In this document: positions 48,018-59,385 of the stretch, piece by piece
Position numbering within the stretch: the first letter of the stretch is position 1
Layout: every line of letters starts with the position of its first letter
Source: an uncultured Chloroflexia bacterium
Lineage (GTDB): Bacteria > Chloroflexota > Limnocylindria > Limnocylindrales > CSP1-4
Length of the DNA: 64,000 nt
Assembly: GCA_963833225.1 (NCBI GenBank)
Contig: CAWHXD010000019.1
Coordinates: 448,001 to 512,000 of the forward strand
Direction: 5' to 3'
The notes under the pieces: model-generated
Told to the model about the DNA's origin: nothing
The model's database searches: none
What the model saw: the letters and a program-made list of their open reading frames with translations, nothing else
Translations under genes and position numbers: made by a program

Positions 48018-48281
48018 ATGGGTTGCGGGCATGGTGGGCACGGCTGCGGGCCGTGGCATGGCGGGCCGTACGGCCCCGGCTGGTACGACCCCGTGGACTT
48101 CTATCAGGGGGACGACTGGCCGATGCGCCGCCGCTCGCGGGGCTACCGTCGGCCCGAGCGCGACACCGCTCCCGAGGAGCTCGAAGCTCGGCTGGCCGAG
48201 CTGCGCGACGAGCTCCATCGGGTGGAGGCCGAGCTCGGGAGCCTGCGTGGCTCTGACGAGGCGGCCGCCGGAAAGACCTAG
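48018..48281 (+). CDS. Small Cys/His/Gly-rich coiled-coil protein, copy 2
   Basis: MGCGHGGHGC...ELEARL; AAGGAGG RBS. Confidence 0.78.
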   Translation: MGCGHGGHGCGPWHGGPYGPGWYDPVDFYQGDDWPMRRRSRGYRRPERDTAPEELEARLAELRDELHRVEAELGSLRGSDEAAAGKT

Positions 48282-48308
48282 CCGTCGGGCCGAGCGATCG
48301 GGAGGAGC

Positions 48309-49365
48309 GTGGCCGTGATCCAGACTTCGCGCGCTTGGACGAGCGCGACCCATGCCCTGCCGATCGCCTTTGGCCCCGTCCGTTCCCGTCGCCTCGGGTG
48401 GAGTCTCGGGATCAACAACGTCCCGCCCAAGACATGCACCTATTCCTGCGTCTACTGCCAGGTCGGCGCGACCGACCGGGCGCGTCACGAGCGCGAAGCG
48501 TTCTTCGAACCCGACGCCGTCGTGGCGGCGGTCCTCGAGCGCGTCGCGGCATGCGAGGCTATCGGCCAGCCGGTCGACTACGCGACGTTCGTGCCCGATG
48601 GCGAGCCCACCCTTGACCGCCACCTTGGCGAGGCCATTCGCGGCGTCGCGGCACTAGGCTCCAAGGTGGCCGTCATCACCAACGGCTCGCTCCTCTGGCG
48701 GGACGACGTCCGAAACGGAGCTCATGCCCACCGACTGGGTGTCGCTCAAGGTCGACACGGTCGACGACGCGGCCTATCGGCGGCTCAACCGTCCGATCGG
48801 GGATCTCCACCTCGAGACGGTCCTCGACGGGATGCGGCGCTTCGCCGCGGAGTACCGCGGGGACCTTGTGACGGAGACGATGCTCGTGGCCGGTCTCAAC
48901 GACGATGAGGCCTCGACCCGCCGCACGGCCGCCTTCGTCAGCGCCCTCAATCCGCTCCGGGCATACATCGCGACTCCTACCCGTCCGCCGGCCGAGCCGT
49001 GGGTGCTGGCACCCGCCGAGGACGTCGCCAGCCACGCGGCCGACATCTTCCGCACGTACGACGTCCCGATGTCGTCCCTGGTCGAGGAGATCGACGAGAG
49101 CGAGGCGCCGTTCGCGGTCGCCGGCGATCCCGCCCAGGGTCTGCTGGGGATCGTCGCCGTGCATCCCATGACCGAGTCTGCCGCTCGCGACTACCTGGCC
49201 AGGGCCGGCGCCGACTGGACGGTCGCCAGGCGGTTGCTCCACGAGGGCCTGATCGAGACGGTCCGGTACGGGGACCAGACATACCTGCGCGGTGTGCTCG
49301 AACGGCCGGGGTCGACGGCAGCGTCGCCGAGACGCCCTGGCCGTGTGACGAGACGAGTTGGGTGA
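48309..49365 (+). CDS. Radical SAM protein (TYW1-related uncharacterised family); frameshift near 48715
   Basis: FGPVRSRRLG.SLGIN, CTYSCVYC, GEPTL, ITNGS, VSLKVD, ETMLV.GLND, PTRPPAE. Confidence 0.88.
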
Positions 49366-49390
49366 ATCGATGACAGGAAGGAGCGCCGCC

Positions 49391-49570
49391 ATGAGCTCCG
49401 GGCCCGGCGGGAACTGCGTCTGCCCGGAATGCGACGCGCGGGTCCCGCACCGGCGGGGTGTTCGTTGCGAGGAGGAGCGCTGTCCGAAGTGCGCCGGGAA
49501 GATGCTCCGCGAGGGCTCTGACCATCACCGGCTCTGGCTCGCGGAGCACGAGCCGGGGCAGGCCCCTTGA
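49391..49570 (+). CDS. Small Cys-rich zinc-ribbon/rubredoxin-like protein
   Basis: GPGGNCVCPEC...H.RG..C....CPKC...MLR; AAGGAG RBS. Confidence 0.8.
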   Translation: MSSGPGGNCVCPECDARVPHRRGVRCEEERCPKCAGKMLREGSDHHRLWLAEHEPGQAP

Positions 49571-49590
49571 CCGAGGACGGAGGTGGAGAC

Positions 49591-50067
49591 ATGACCAGAG
49601 CAGCGATCCACACACCACCGATGGCGCATCCCAGCGACGACGTGTTCGTGGTCGTCGACAACACCGAGCGCGCTGACGCGACGATCAGTGCCCTGCGCGC
49701 CGCGGGCTTCTCGGAGGCGGCCATCCACGTCTTCCGGGGACGAGAGGAGATCGTCGTGCTTGCCCGCGCCTGGGCGCGACACCTGGATGGGCCGGCCTTC
49801 CTCGTGTCGATCCTGGAGGCTTTCCTGAACGACGAGCGGAATATGGAGGCGATCTACGCATCCTCCGGCTTCGCCGGTCATGTCGTCCTGGCGGTCCACA
49901 CCCTGAGCCTCGGTGACGTCGACGAGGCGACGCGCGTCCTCCGCGACAGCGGGGCGCACGACACGTGGTACTTCGGCCGCTGGACGAAAGCGTCCCCTTG
50001 GCCCGGCGGGCCGGAACGCGAAATCACGAGAGGGACTGGTGGAGAGCATGATGGCCGAGGAGCTTGA
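49591..50067 (+). CDS. Hypothetical protein
   Basis: GGAG RBS; A..AI.AL..AGF motif; lies within the operon. Confidence 0.65.
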   Translation: MTRAAIHTPPMAHPSDDVFVVVDNTERADATISALRAAGFSEAAIHVFRGREEIVVLARAWARHLDGPAFLVSILEAFLNDERNMEAIYASSGFAGHVVLAVHTLSLGDVDEATRVLRDSGAHDTWYFGRWTKASPWPGGPEREITRGTGGEHDGRGA

Positions 50068-50527
50068 GCAGCCTACGGCTCCCGCGCAGGGGCTCGTTGT
50101 CCATGACCTGGCGCGGTTGCTGGCCGACACGTACACCCTCTACCTCAAGACACAGGGCTACCACTGGAACGTGGTCGGACCGGACTTTCGCTCGCTCCAC
50201 CTGATGTTCGAGGAGCAGTACGAGGAGCTGGGCGACGCCGTCGACGAGATCGCCGAGCGGATCCGCACCCTCGGCGCGCTCGCCCCGGGGTCGTACCGGG
50301 AGATGGCGATCCTGGCGTCCGTGAGCGACGAGGAGGGCACACCCGAGGCTATGGAGATGGTGAACCGGCTGATCGATGCGAACGAGGTCGTCATCCGGAC
50401 GGCCGGCGCGGTCGTCAGGGCGGCCGAGGCGGCCGGTGATCCTGCGTCGCTCGATCTGGCGACGCGGCGGATCGCCGTCCACGAGAAGACGCTCTGGATG
50501 CTCCGCGCGACGGCGGCCGGGAGGTGA
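50048..50527 (+). CDS. dps: Dps DNA-protection/ferroxidase protein
   Basis: YHWNVVG..F..LH..FE, VDEIAERI, HEKTLWML. Confidence 0.95.
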   Translation: MMAEELEQPTAPAQGLVVHDLARLLADTYTLYLKTQGYHWNVVGPDFRSLHLMFEEQYEELGDAVDEIAERIRTLGALAPGSYREMAILASVSDEEGTPEAMEMVNRLIDANEVVIRTAGAVVRAAEAAGDPASLDLATRRIAVHEKTLWMLRATAAGR

Positions 50528-51577
50528 GCACCATGACCGAGATGGCCATCGGATATCGAGTCCATCGCCCGGCTGCTCGTCGCCCCCAGCAAGGGCATCC
50601 TCGCCGCCGACGAATCGCACGGCACGATCGGGAAGCGCTTCAGCGCCGTCGGCATCGAGTCGACCGAGGCGACTCGGCGGGCCTACCGCAACCTGCTGTT
50701 CACGACGCCCGGTGTCGAGGCGCACATCAGTGGGGCGATCCTGTTTGACGAGACGATCCGCCAGGCGTCCGATGACGGCACGCCGTTCCCGGACCTCCTG
50801 GCGCGACGGAGGATCATCCCCGGGATCAAGGTGGACCGTGGCGCGAAGGCGCTGGCGGGGGCGCCCGGTGAGAAGGTCACGGAAGGGCTCGACGGACTCC
50901 GCGAGCGACTTGTGGAGTACCGCGAGCTGGGAGCCCACTTCGCGAAATGGCGTGCGGTGATCAAGATCGGCCCCGATCTGCCGACCGACTATGCGATCCG
51001 GGTCAACGCCCAGGCCCTGGCCCGCTTCGCCGCGCTGGCCCAGGAGGCCGACCTCGTCCCGATCGTCGAGCCCGAGGTGCTCATGGATGGCGCGCACACC
51101 ATCGAGCGCAGCTTCGAGGTCACCGGGCGCACGCTCGAGGCGGTGTTCAGTGAACTCCATGCCCAGCGGGTGCGGCTTGAGGCGCTGCTGCTGAAGCCGA
51201 ACATGGTCCTGGCCGGCTACGAGTGCCCGGAGCAGGCGACGCACGCGGAGGTCGCCGAGTGGACGATCCGCGCCCTCCGCCGTCACGTACCGGCGGCGGT
51301 GCCCGGCATCGTCTTCCTGTCCGGCGGTCAGAGCGACGAGGACGCAACCGCCAACCTCGACGCGCTGAATCGCATGGGCGGACAGCCATGGCAGCTGTCG
51401 TTCTCGTTCGGCCGGGCCCTCCAGGCAGCGGCGCTCAGGGTGTGGGCCGGCGATCCCGGCAACGCGCCGGCGGCTCAGGGTGTGTTCGCCGGTCGGGCAG
51501 CGCAGACGGGAGCGGCCCGTGGCGGGATGCACCCGCCGGAGGCCGAACCCGTGGTTGCGCGTGACCGCGAGGGGTGA
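50524..51577 (+). CDS. Class I (Schiff-base, eukaryote-like) fructose-bisphosphate aldolase; frameshift near 50545
   Basis: KGILAADES, PGIKVD.G, FAKWR, VPIVEPEV, LLKPNMV, FLSGGQ, FSFGRALQ. Confidence 0.92.
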
Positions 51578-51580
51578 TGC

Positions 51581-52399
51581 GTGCGCCGTTCAGAGCCTCC
51601 GCACACGAATCGCGTCACGCCACCCGGTCAACGCCAACTGGTCCTGCTCCGGCACGGTGAAAGCGCCTGGAACCGGGAGAACCGGTTCACGGGCTGGACC
51701 GACGTCGACCTGTCGGCGGCCGGAAACGCCGAGGCTCACGCGTCGGCGGAGCTCCTGCGCGAGGCTGGCCTCGACTTCGATGTCGGGTTTACCTCAGTCC
51801 TCAAGCGGGCGATTCGCACGCTCAGGACCGTGGCCGACGACCTCGACCGGATGTGGGTGCCGGTTCACCGCAGCTGGCGACTGAACGAGCGCCACCCCGG
51901 TGCGTTGCAGGGGCTCAACAAGGCCGAGACCGCGGAGCGCTTCGGCGAGGCACAGGTCCACAGCTGGCGGCGGAGCTACGGAGTGCGACCACCGCCGCTC
52001 GTGCCTGGCGATCCCCGCTGGGAGCGGGATGACCCTCGCTATGCCGCCCTTGACGACGCGGAGCTGCCACGCGGCGAGTCGCTGGCCGACACGATCGCGC
52101 GCGTGCTGCCCTGCTGGCGCGAGGGGATTGCCCCCGCGCTTCGGGCCGGCCAGCGTGTGCTGGTCGTGGCCCACGGGAACAGCCTGCGCGCGCTCGTGAT
52201 GCATCTCGACCAACTCGGCGAGGAAGAGATCGCCGCCCTGACCATCCCCACCGGAATTCCACTCGTCTACCGCCTCACTGCCGAGCTGCGACCGATCGAT
52301 CACCGTTACCTCGGTGCGCGCCCGCGATGCGTGTCTTCGATGGCGTCGTGGCGGGCGCGACCACCTGGCCGCCGAGCGGTTATCGGCGGATGCGGATGA
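51581..52399 (+). CDS. gpmA: 2,3-BPG-dependent phosphoglycerate mutase (3' end uncertain, homology ends near 52315)
   Basis: [51 protein letters not shown]. Confidence 0.92.
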   Translation: MRRSEPPHTNRVTPPGQRQLVLLRHGESAWNRENRFTGWTDVDLSAAGNAEAHASAELLREAGLDFDVGFTSVLKRAIRTLRTVADDLDRMWVPVHRSWRLNERHPGALQGLNKAETAERFGEAQVHSWRRSYGVRPPPLVPGDPRWERDDPRYAALDDAELPRGESLADTIARVLPCWREGIAPALRAGQRVLVVAHGNSLRALVMHLDQLGEEEIAALTIPTGIPLVYRLTAELRPIDHRYLGARPRCVSSMASWRARPPGRRAVIGGCG

Positions 52400-53292
52400 C
52401 TCCGCGAGGCGTCACCGTGGCGATCGTGTCCGCGGTCCTCGGCGTCGTCGGTTGCGGCAGCGAGCCAGCGAACGACGGCCGTCCACTGATCGTCGCGACC
52501 ACGACGATCGTTGGTGAACTCGTCGCGCACGTCGCGGGCGACCAGGCCCGGGTCGAGGTCCTGATGCCGGTCGGGGCGGATCCGCATGATTTCGAGCCGT
52601 CCGCCCGCCAGGCGGCCAGCCTCCACGACGCCGCGCTGGTGGTCAGCAGCGGCCTGGGTCTCGAGGTCGGGCTTTTCGACGCGCTGGAAGCGGCGGCAGA
52701 GGAGGGGACGCCGATCCTCGAGCTCGGTCCAGCGCTCGACCCGCGGCCGCTGGGCGATAACGCCGGCGTGCCGGACCCGCACTGGTGGCTCGACCCGATC
52801 CGCGCGACGCGGGCGGTGGATCTCATCGGCGAGCGCCTCGGCGGGATCGCCGCAGGCGGCTGGGCGGCACGGGCGACGAGGTATGCCGACCAGCTGACGG
52901 CACTCGATGGCGAGCTCCGTTCCACTCTCGACACGATCCCGAGCTCGCGACGGACGCTCATCACGAGCCACGCAGCCTTCGGCTACTTCGCCGAGCGCTA
53001 CGACTTCACGATCATCGGGGTCCTCGTCCCTGGCGGCTCGACCCAGGCGCAGACGGATCCGAGACAGCTCGCCGAACTGGCGGCGGTGATCCGCGCCGCA
53101 GGCGTGCCGGCGATCTTCGGCGAGATGACGCTGTCGACCAACGTGGCCGACGCGCTGGCGGCCGAGGTCGGCGAGGAGGTCCGGGTGGTCATCCTCTTTA
53201 CCGGCTCGCTTGGCGAGCCCGGCTCGGGCGCCGATACCTACGTCGGGATGCTCCGCACGGACGCCGAGCTGATCGCCGAGGCCCTGACCTGA
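52396..53292 (+). CDS. Zn/Mn ABC transporter substrate-binding lipoprotein
   Basis: Lipobox-like VVGC; [22 protein letters not shown]. Confidence 0.92.
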   Translation: MTPRGVTVAIVSAVLGVVGCGSEPANDGRPLIVATTTIVGELVAHVAGDQARVEVLMPVGADPHDFEPSARQAASLHDAALVVSSGLGLEVGLFDALEAAAEEGTPILELGPALDPRPLGDNAGVPDPHWWLDPIRATRAVDLIGERLGGIAAGGWAARATRYADQLTALDGELRSTLDTIPSSRRTLITSHAAFGYFAERYDFTIIGVLVPGGSTQAQTDPRQLAELAAVIRAAGVPAIFGEMTLSTNVADALAAEVGEEVRVVILFTGSLGEPGSGADTYVGMLRTDAELIAEALT

Positions 53293-53297
53293 CCGCC

Positions 53298-54161
53298 ATG
53301 TTCGACTGGCTCATCGACCCCTTCTCGGTCCACTTCATGCAGCAGGCGCTCCTCGGCGGCCTGCTGGCCGCAGTGACCACCTCGCTCATCGGGACGTGGG
53401 TGGTCATCCGGGGGATGACCTTCATGGGCGATGCGCTTGCCCATGGCGTCCTACCCGGAATCGCGCTGGCGTTCGTCCTCGGGGTTGACCTGACCCTCGG
53501 CGCCGTCGCCGGGGCGCTCGTCATGGTTGCCGGCATTGCGTTCGTCCACCGCAAGGCCCGCCTGCGCGAGGACACCGGCATCGGTCTGCTCTTTGTCGGG
53601 ATGCTGGCCCTGGGGGTGATCATCGTCTCGCGGCTGCCGTCGTTCACGACCAGTCTCACGACCTTCCTGTTCGGCGACATCCTCGGCGTTCGATCGTCGG
53701 ACCTGCTCGTGCAGGCGGCAGCCGCTGCGATCGCCGTCGTCGGGATCGTCGTCCTCTACCGGCCCTTCCTCGTCCTATCGTTCAACGAGGCGAAGGCCCA
53801 GATGCTGTGCCTTCACCCGCGGCTGGCCCACATCGCGATGCTCACGCTGCTGACCCTGGCGATCGTCACCTCCTTCCGGGCGGTCGGCACGCTGCTCGTG
53901 TTCGGCCTCCTGATCGCGCCGCCCGCGACCGCTGCGCTGCTGGCGCGAAGCGTCCCGACGATGATGGTCACGGCGGCGGGTCTCGGCTGCGCCTCGGTCG
54001 TGATCGGGCTCCTGCTGAGCTGGCACCTTGGCACCGCCGCCGGCGCGACAGTCGCCGCCGTGGCGGTCGCCGTCTTCTTTGCGGTCCTCCTCGCGCGTGA
54101 CGTGGCTGATCCCGTCTTCCGTTCCAGGCGCCGGACCTCGGTCATCGATGGTGGCTCCTGA
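53298..54161 (+). CDS. Zn/Mn ABC transporter permease (AztB/MntB-like)
   Basis: GDALAHGVLPG, EDTGIG, FLFGDIL, VGTLLV. Confidence 0.93.
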   Translation: MFDWLIDPFSVHFMQQALLGGLLAAVTTSLIGTWVVIRGMTFMGDALAHGVLPGIALAFVLGVDLTLGAVAGALVMVAGIAFVHRKARLREDTGIGLLFVGMLALGVIIVSRLPSFTTSLTTFLFGDILGVRSSDLLVQAAAAAIAVVGIVVLYRPFLVLSFNEAKAQMLCLHPRLAHIAMLTLLTLAIVTSFRAVGTLLVFGLLIAPPATAALLARSVPTMMVTAAGLGCASVVIGLLLSWHLGTAAGATVAAVAVAVFFAVLLARDVADPVFRSRRRTSVIDGGS

Positions 54162-54981
54162 GGTGCGCGAGCCGGCTGTCATGGCTCGTGACCTCGTCCT
54201 CGCCTACGGCGAGCGCGTGGCCCTCGCGGCCTCGGACTTCGACATCCCGGCCGGCGCGCTGATCGCTCTCATCGGCCCGAATGGTTCCGGGAAATCGACG
54301 ATCCTCAACGCGATCTCGGGGCTCCTCGAACCGACCTCGGGACGGCTCGCGGTGCTTGCGGGCCCGCGACGGCTGGCGGCGATCGCCTACGTGCTCCAGT
54401 CGACCGCGGTCAACGAGGCGATGCCGGTCACCGTCCGGGAGGTCGTCGGCATGGGCCGTTACGGCGGCCTCGGGCCGTTCCGCCGGTTCACCACCCAGGA
54501 CCGGGCGCTGTGCGCGGCTGCGATGGACCGTCTGGCCATCACCGAGCTGGCATCGCGCCACCTCGATGAGCTGTCCGGCGGGCAGCGCCAGCGTGTCTTC
54601 GTGGCCCAGGGGCTTGCCCAGGCCGCCGACCTGCTGCTGCTCGACGAGCCGATCACCGGGCTCGACCTGCCGTCAACCGAGCGGATCCGCACCGCGATCG
54701 AGGAGGAACGACGACGCGGCGTCACGGTCATCCTGACCACCCATGAGCTGGCCGATGCCGCCGCTGCCGACTGGGTGCTGTTGCTGGCCGGGAGGGTCGT
54801 GGCGGCCGGGCCGCCCGACGAGGTCCTCGTGCCGGCGCGGCTTTCCGAGGCGTACGGTGTGTCGTTCGTGACCGAGGGCGGTCGCACAATGATCGACGAC
54901 CCGGGCCACCGCCCACGGGCGGCGCGGCATTCCGAGACACACGCACGCACGGGCCCCGACCTCGATGCGCTCCCCGAATGA
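54148..54981 (+). CDS. Zn/Mn ABC transporter ATPase
   Basis: GPNGSGKST, LSGGQRQR, LLDEP. Confidence 0.93.
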   Translation: MVAPEVREPAVMARDLVLAYGERVALAASDFDIPAGALIALIGPNGSGKSTILNAISGLLEPTSGRLAVLAGPRRLAAIAYVLQSTAVNEAMPVTVREVVGMGRYGGLGPFRRFTTQDRALCAAAMDRLAITELASRHLDELSGGQRQRVFVAQGLAQAADLLLLDEPITGLDLPSTERIRTAIEEERRRGVTVILTTHELADAAAADWVLLLAGRVVAAGPPDEVLVPARLSEAYGVSFVTEGGRTMIDDPGHRPRAARHSETHARTGPDLDALPE

Positions 54982-54983
54982 TG

Positions 54984-55067
54984 GGACGGGGGACCGCCGC
55001 TGTGGCCGACCGCCGCTGTGGGCTGCTAAGAAGAAGGGATGCTTCCGCTCCCCCGTCCGCTCCCCCG
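54984..55067. repeat. Convergent intergenic region with two short duplications and a 10-bp inverted repeat
   Basis: GACCGCCGCTGTGG x2; TCCGCTCCCCCG x2; GGACGGGGGA/TCCCCCGTCC. Confidence 0.6.
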
Positions 55068-55150
55068 CTCGTCGGATTCCAGACAAGAGGCTTGACATCG
55101 CCACGGGCGCTCAGGGGTTGAGCGCGCAACGTACTCGTTCGTGACGGCGC

Positions 55151-57442
55151 TCACTCCACCTTCTCGATCAACCCGCGCAGTGCAGCCTGGTCGGGCGCCA
55201 GCAGCTCCGCGACCCGGGTCCCGTTCACCTCCGCAACGATGATCTCGCCGAGCTCGGTCCGGACGTCGCCGTACAGTCCCAGCGCCTGCATCCGCTCGGT
55301 CTGGACCCGGTTGTCCTCGGTGGGGCTGACGTAGTGCACGGACCCTGCCTTGTAGCGGTGGACCAGGAACAGGTGCGCGAGCGTCATCAGCCGCCGCCGG
55401 CGGAATGCCGGCTCATACGTGCCCTGGTCGCGCACCGAGAGGATCGATCGGCCGCGCCGGTCGTGGATCGGGGCGAACACGATCGAGGCCACCCGCCGCC
55501 CATCGGCGCCCAAGAGGGTCAGATCCAGCAACTCCGAGCCGGCCCGATGGGGGAGCAGCCGCACTCGGAGTGCCTCGTCGACCCCGTTCGACGCCGCCCA
55601 CAGCGTGAGCCAGCTCTCGAGCAGCTTCTTGGGGACCTCCGTCTGGATCGCGTGCTGGTGCTGGGTTGAGCCCTTGCCCATCGCCATCGTCGTGGCGGTG
55701 CGCCCCGATGAGGCCCTCAGCGCGGCGTCCAGCCGCGGCCCGCCGACCAGCGTCTGCGGCGTCCGGTACGGTGACTCAAGGAGCCGGATCTTGCGCTGCA
55801 ACTTGGCCAGCGCCAGCATCCCCTCCTCCTGGAGCGAGCGAGCGAACTCCTCGCTCGCGACGCCGTCGACCTGGTGGCCGCCATAGGTGATGAAGTTGAA
55901 CACGAAGCCCATCTTCCCCAGCTCCTCGGGGAAGCGGCGCATCTCGTCGTCGCTCATCCCGGTGGAGTCCCAGTTGAAGGACGGCGACAGGTTGTAGGCG
56001 AGCATCTTGTCGGGATGCACGGCGTGGATGGCGTCGGCGAACTCCCTCGCGTCCGCGAGGTCCGCGGTCTTCGTCTCCATCCACAGGATGTCGGCGAACG
56101 GCGCCACGGCGAGCGACTTGGCGATCGCGTACGGGATCCCGCCCCGGACCTGGTAGTAGCCCTCGGGGGTGGCTGCGAGCTCCGGGTCCCACGCCACGTC
56201 GAGGCCCAGCGTGCGCGCGCGCTCCATGGCGACCGCGTGCGGGGCGCCCTCGGCGGACCTGAGCCACTCGTCTGCCGGCAGCGAGCGAGCGCCACCCTCA
56301 GACTCGGCCTCGCGCTGGCGGAGGTGGTCGGCGACGGCGTCGGCGTAGGTAACGAGCCCGGCCTCGTCATCCCACGCCTCGAGGAATCGGGCGGCGGCCC
56401 GATCGAACGTGGTGTCGACGTCGGCACCGGCAACGATCTCTGCCGCGGCCGCGTCCACCGCGGCCCGCAGGCCCGTGCGCTCGAGCCACGCATCGGCCGC
56501 GGCGTACTCGACGTCGGTGATCGCGTACAGAAGATGGCCGTTGAGCTCCTTGGCGCCGGCGGCGTGGAACCGGCGGATGAGCGCGAGGTAGGCGACCTTG
56601 TACGAGGGGACGTCGAGGTTGGTGACCCCGAGCACGAACGGCTGGTCCCGCTCGTCGGTCCGGGTCTCGATGAGGTTGGCCGACTCGGCATCGGTGCGGG
56701 CGACGATGATCCCGGGCACGCGCATGACATCGAGCTGGAGGCGGGCGGCGTTGAGGCGCTTGATCTGCTCGCTGGAGCTGACCAGCACCTTGCCCCCCTG
56801 GTGACCGCACTTCTTGGTGCCTGGCCGCTGGTCCTCGATGTGATAGCCGGGGACGCCCGCCTCCACGAACCGGCGAACGAGGTTGCGCACGTGGGGGTCG
56901 CCGCCGTGGCCGGTGTCGGCGTCGGCGATGATGAACGGGCGGTAGTCGACGGCGGGAGTCGCCTCGCGCTGGGCGGGGGTCATCCGGGAGCGCAGGTACG
57001 CCTGGTTGCGATCGGCGGTCAGCAGCGCGCGGACGAGGCCGGTCGCCTCGTCGGGCACCTGCGAGAGCGGGTATGACGCGAGATCCGGCCCCGGATCCTC
57101 GGTGGTCGAGCCCTTGGCCGAGGTCGCCCAGCCGCCCAGGTAGATGCCTTCGATCCCCAGGCGCTTCATGACCACGGCTTGGCCCGGCGAGTAGGGCCCG
57201 AAGGTGGTGACACTGCGGCCTTGGGCGAACAGCTCGCGCAGCCTCGCATGGAAGGCGGCGGCCGCCTCGCGGGCGACCGTGTGGTCCGAGGCGATCGTGC
57301 CTCGCTGCTCCACGACCTGGCGCGCCGAGTGGAGGCGGGTGAGCCCGGCGAAACGCGGCGAGGCGAGCCACGCGTGCGTCGCGGCGATGTCGTCCTCGAA
57401 CGGGGTCTGCGGGGCGGTCGTCAGGTCGAGCAGGGCGGTCAT
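55151..57442 (-). CDS. aceA: Isocitrate lyase, long ICL2 type
   Basis: [35 protein letters not shown]; extra central helical region and C-terminal extension. Confidence 0.95.
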   Translation of the reverse strand: MTALLDLTTAPQTPFEDDIAATHAWLASPRFAGLTRLHSARQVVEQRGTIASDHTVAREAAAAFHARLRELFAQGRSVTTFGPYSPGQAVVMKRLGIEGIYLGGWATSAKGSTTEDPGPDLASYPLSQVPDEATGLVRALLTADRNQAYLRSRMTPAQREATPAVDYRPFIIADADTGHGGDPHVRNLVRRFVEAGVPGYHIEDQRPGTKKCGHQGGKVLVSSSEQIKRLNAARLQLDVMRVPGIIVARTDAESANLIETRTDERDQPFVLGVTNLDVPSYKVAYLALIRRFHAAGAKELNGHLLYAITDVEYAAADAWLERTGLRAAVDAAAAEIVAGADVDTTFDRAAARFLEAWDDEAGLVTYADAVADHLRQREAESEGGARSLPADEWLRSAEGAPHAVAMERARTLGLDVAWDPELAATPEGYYQVRGGIPYAIAKSLAVAPFADILWMETKTADLADAREFADAIHAVHPDKMLAYNLSPSFNWDSTGMSDDEMRRFPEELGKMGFVFNFITYGGHQVDGVASEEFARSLQEEGMLALAKLQRKIRLLESPYRTPQTLVGGPRLDAALRASSGRTATTMAMGKGSTQHQHAIQTEVPKKLLESWLTLWAASNGVDEALRVRLLPHRAGSELLDLTLLGADGRRVASIVFAPIHDRRGRSILSVRDQGTYEPAFRRRRLMTLAHLFLVHRYKAGSVHYVSPTEDNRVQTERMQALGLYGDVRTELGEIIVAEVNGTRVAELLAPDQAALRGLIEKVE

Positions 57443-59385
57443 GGCAGGTCTCCGGTCTCGGGCAGGTTCGGCGGGGGCTTGGCCGCCGGCGCCGGCTGGT
57501 CAGGTCGCGAGTTGAAGTCCGGATTGGCGGTGAGGCGGGTGCCGTCGCGGGCGATGGCGGCGAGGTAGCGGTTCGCCCGCTCCCGCTCGGTGGTCGGGCC
57601 CTCAGCCTCGAGGCCGAGGTTGAGCAGGTCGACGTACCAGGCTGGCTTGGCCGCCGCCGGCACGTAGGCTTCGACGGCCGCGCGGGCGACCGGCAGCGTG
57701 GTCTCCTTGGAGTCGTCGTGGACGTCGCGACCATTGGCGGCACGCAACTTCGCGTGCTCCTCGTCGAGAAGTCGCGCGAACAGGGCCGGCGTCAGCGCGT
57801 CCCCGGCGCGGACACCGGTCTCGGTGTCGTCCTCGGTGAATGGGGCGGCCTTGTGCAGCCACTCCCACAGGATCGAGAGCCGGATCTCACCGGTGGCCAT
57901 GTCCTCCATGAGGTACAGCACATCGTCATCGCCGAAGAAGTCGGCCGGCTTGAGAGCGGCAGCCTGGAAGCCGCGCAGGAACGCGTTGCCGTACTGGAGC
58001 CCCACCGAGAGCAGGTCGCGCGCGCCGCGGACCGTCCGCGGGGCCGGCTCGAGGGCAGTCAGGGCAGCCGCATCGTCCCCGTCGTAGGTGAGGGCCGGGA
58101 AGGAGCGTCCCAGCTGGTTGGCCTCGCCGGCGCGCTCCCACACCGGGCGGATGACGTGGACCATCTTCCAGTGGGCGACCCACTTGCCGGACGCGCCTTC
58201 GCGCTGCTCGCGCTCGGCGCCGGCGACGGCCTTGCCCATCGCGGACTCCACGCCCCGCTCCGAGCCAACGGGGATCTGCGCCTCCATGCCGCCCTGCCAC
58301 AGCGCGAACTGTCCGAGCGCATCGGGCGTGTTGACGGCGCGCCGCACGCGGTCCTCGTACGCACGCATGTAGGCGTACGTCATGCCGATGGCATCGATGT
58401 TCGGATTGGCGAAGCTGTCATTCCCGTGGAGCGCGTCGGCGACCGAGTTGATGTAGTCCCAGCGCCCAGTGTTGAAGCCCACGAAGTGGCGGCCGAGCGC
58501 GGCCCGGATCTCCATGAGCTGGAACGCTGCCTCGAGCTGCTCCACCAGCACGTACACGCGGATCGTGGCCGGTGGGAGTTCGAGGTGCGCCTCAAGGGAC
58601 TCGAGCAGCTCGCGCCACAGCGCCGCCTCATCGGCACGCTGGATCTTGGGCAGGTAGAGGGCGACGCTCCTGCCCTCGTCGAGCAGCGTGCGCGCGTTGG
58701 CGGCGACGTACAGGACGAGGTCCACGATCGAGGCGCCGAACCCGGTGCCGTCGGCCCGTCGGACATGCCGGTCGTCGAGATGGAGACCGCGCGGGCGGAA
58801 CAGGCGCGTCGTGAACCGGAGCTGATCTCGCCAGTCGTCGATGATGCGCCTGCCCAGGAAGGCTGCTGCCCAGTCGTTCATCTCGGCGGCAACGCCTTCC
58901 GCGATTGCCAGGAACCCAGGGTCGGCCGCGTACGCGAGCCGCAGGTTGCGCTGGTTGTCGAGCGCCATGAACTCGGTCTGGCCAAGGGCGTCCTCGCCGT
59001 CGAACATCCAGCCGTCGGCGCCTGAGAGCAGCGCGTACGCCGGGCTGCGCAGGCTCGACGCGAGCGAGCTTCGCGGCTTTGTCGCGGGCCCGGTGCCCTG
59101 GATCCACTGGCGCTCAAGGTCTGGCGGGATAGCGGCGCCCTCGAAGCGGCCGGCACGGGCGTCGGCCACCCGGATCGAGGTCCTGCCGATGGTCGAGGCG
59201 GGGTCGAGGAAGGCGACCGGCTCTCCATGGCGGGCGCGCTCGAGCCGCCGGCGGGCCCGGGCAGCCATCAGGTCGCGGCGCGCGTCGTCGAGCGGGGTCA
59301 GCGCCCTGAGGGCCGCCAGGGCGCCAGGGGTCAGGACATCCTCGTACGCGGGAAGCAGACCGCGACGAAGCTGCAGCGTGTCCAT
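57439..59385 (-). CDS. aceB: Malate synthase
   Basis: DGEDA, RPRG, YLPK, NTGRWDY, GGM, KWVAH, LMEDMAT.EI; ATGA-coupled to aceA. Confidence 0.92.
   Translation of the reverse strand: MDTLQLRRGLLPAYEDVLTPGALAALRALTPLDDARRDLMAARARRRLERARHGEPVAFLDPASTIGRTSIRVADARAGRFEGAAIPPDLERQWIQGTGPATKPRSSLASSLRSPAYALLSGADGWMFDGEDALGQTEFMALDNQRNLRLAYAADPGFLAIAEGVAAEMNDWAAAFLGRRIIDDWRDQLRFTTRLFRPRGLHLDDRHVRRADGTGFGASIVDLVLYVAANARTLLDEGRSVALYLPKIQRADEAALWRELLESLEAHLELPPATIRVYVLVEQLEAAFQLMEIRAALGRHFVGFNTGRWDYINSVADALHGNDSFANPNIDAIGMTYAYMRAYEDRVRRAVNTPDALGQFALWQGGMEAQIPVGSERGVESAMGKAVAGAEREQREGASGKWVAHWKMVHVIRPVWERAGEANQLGRSFPALTYDGDDAAALTALEPAPRTVRGARDLLSVGLQYGNAFLRGFQAAALKPADFFGDDDVLYLMEDMATGEIRLSILWEWLHKAAPFTEDDTETGVRAGDALTPALFARLLDEEHAKLRAANGRDVHDDSKETTLPVARAAVEAYVPAAAKPAWYVDLLNLGLEAEGPTTERERANRYLAAIARDGTRLTANPDFNSRPDQPAPAAKPPPNLPETGDLP

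Noticed and set aside
47780-50550. Programmed frameshifting or phase variation in padR2, the rSAM and the aldolase
   Set aside because: There are no long homopolymers or slippery heptamers; single-base indels match the error pattern elsewhere in the window
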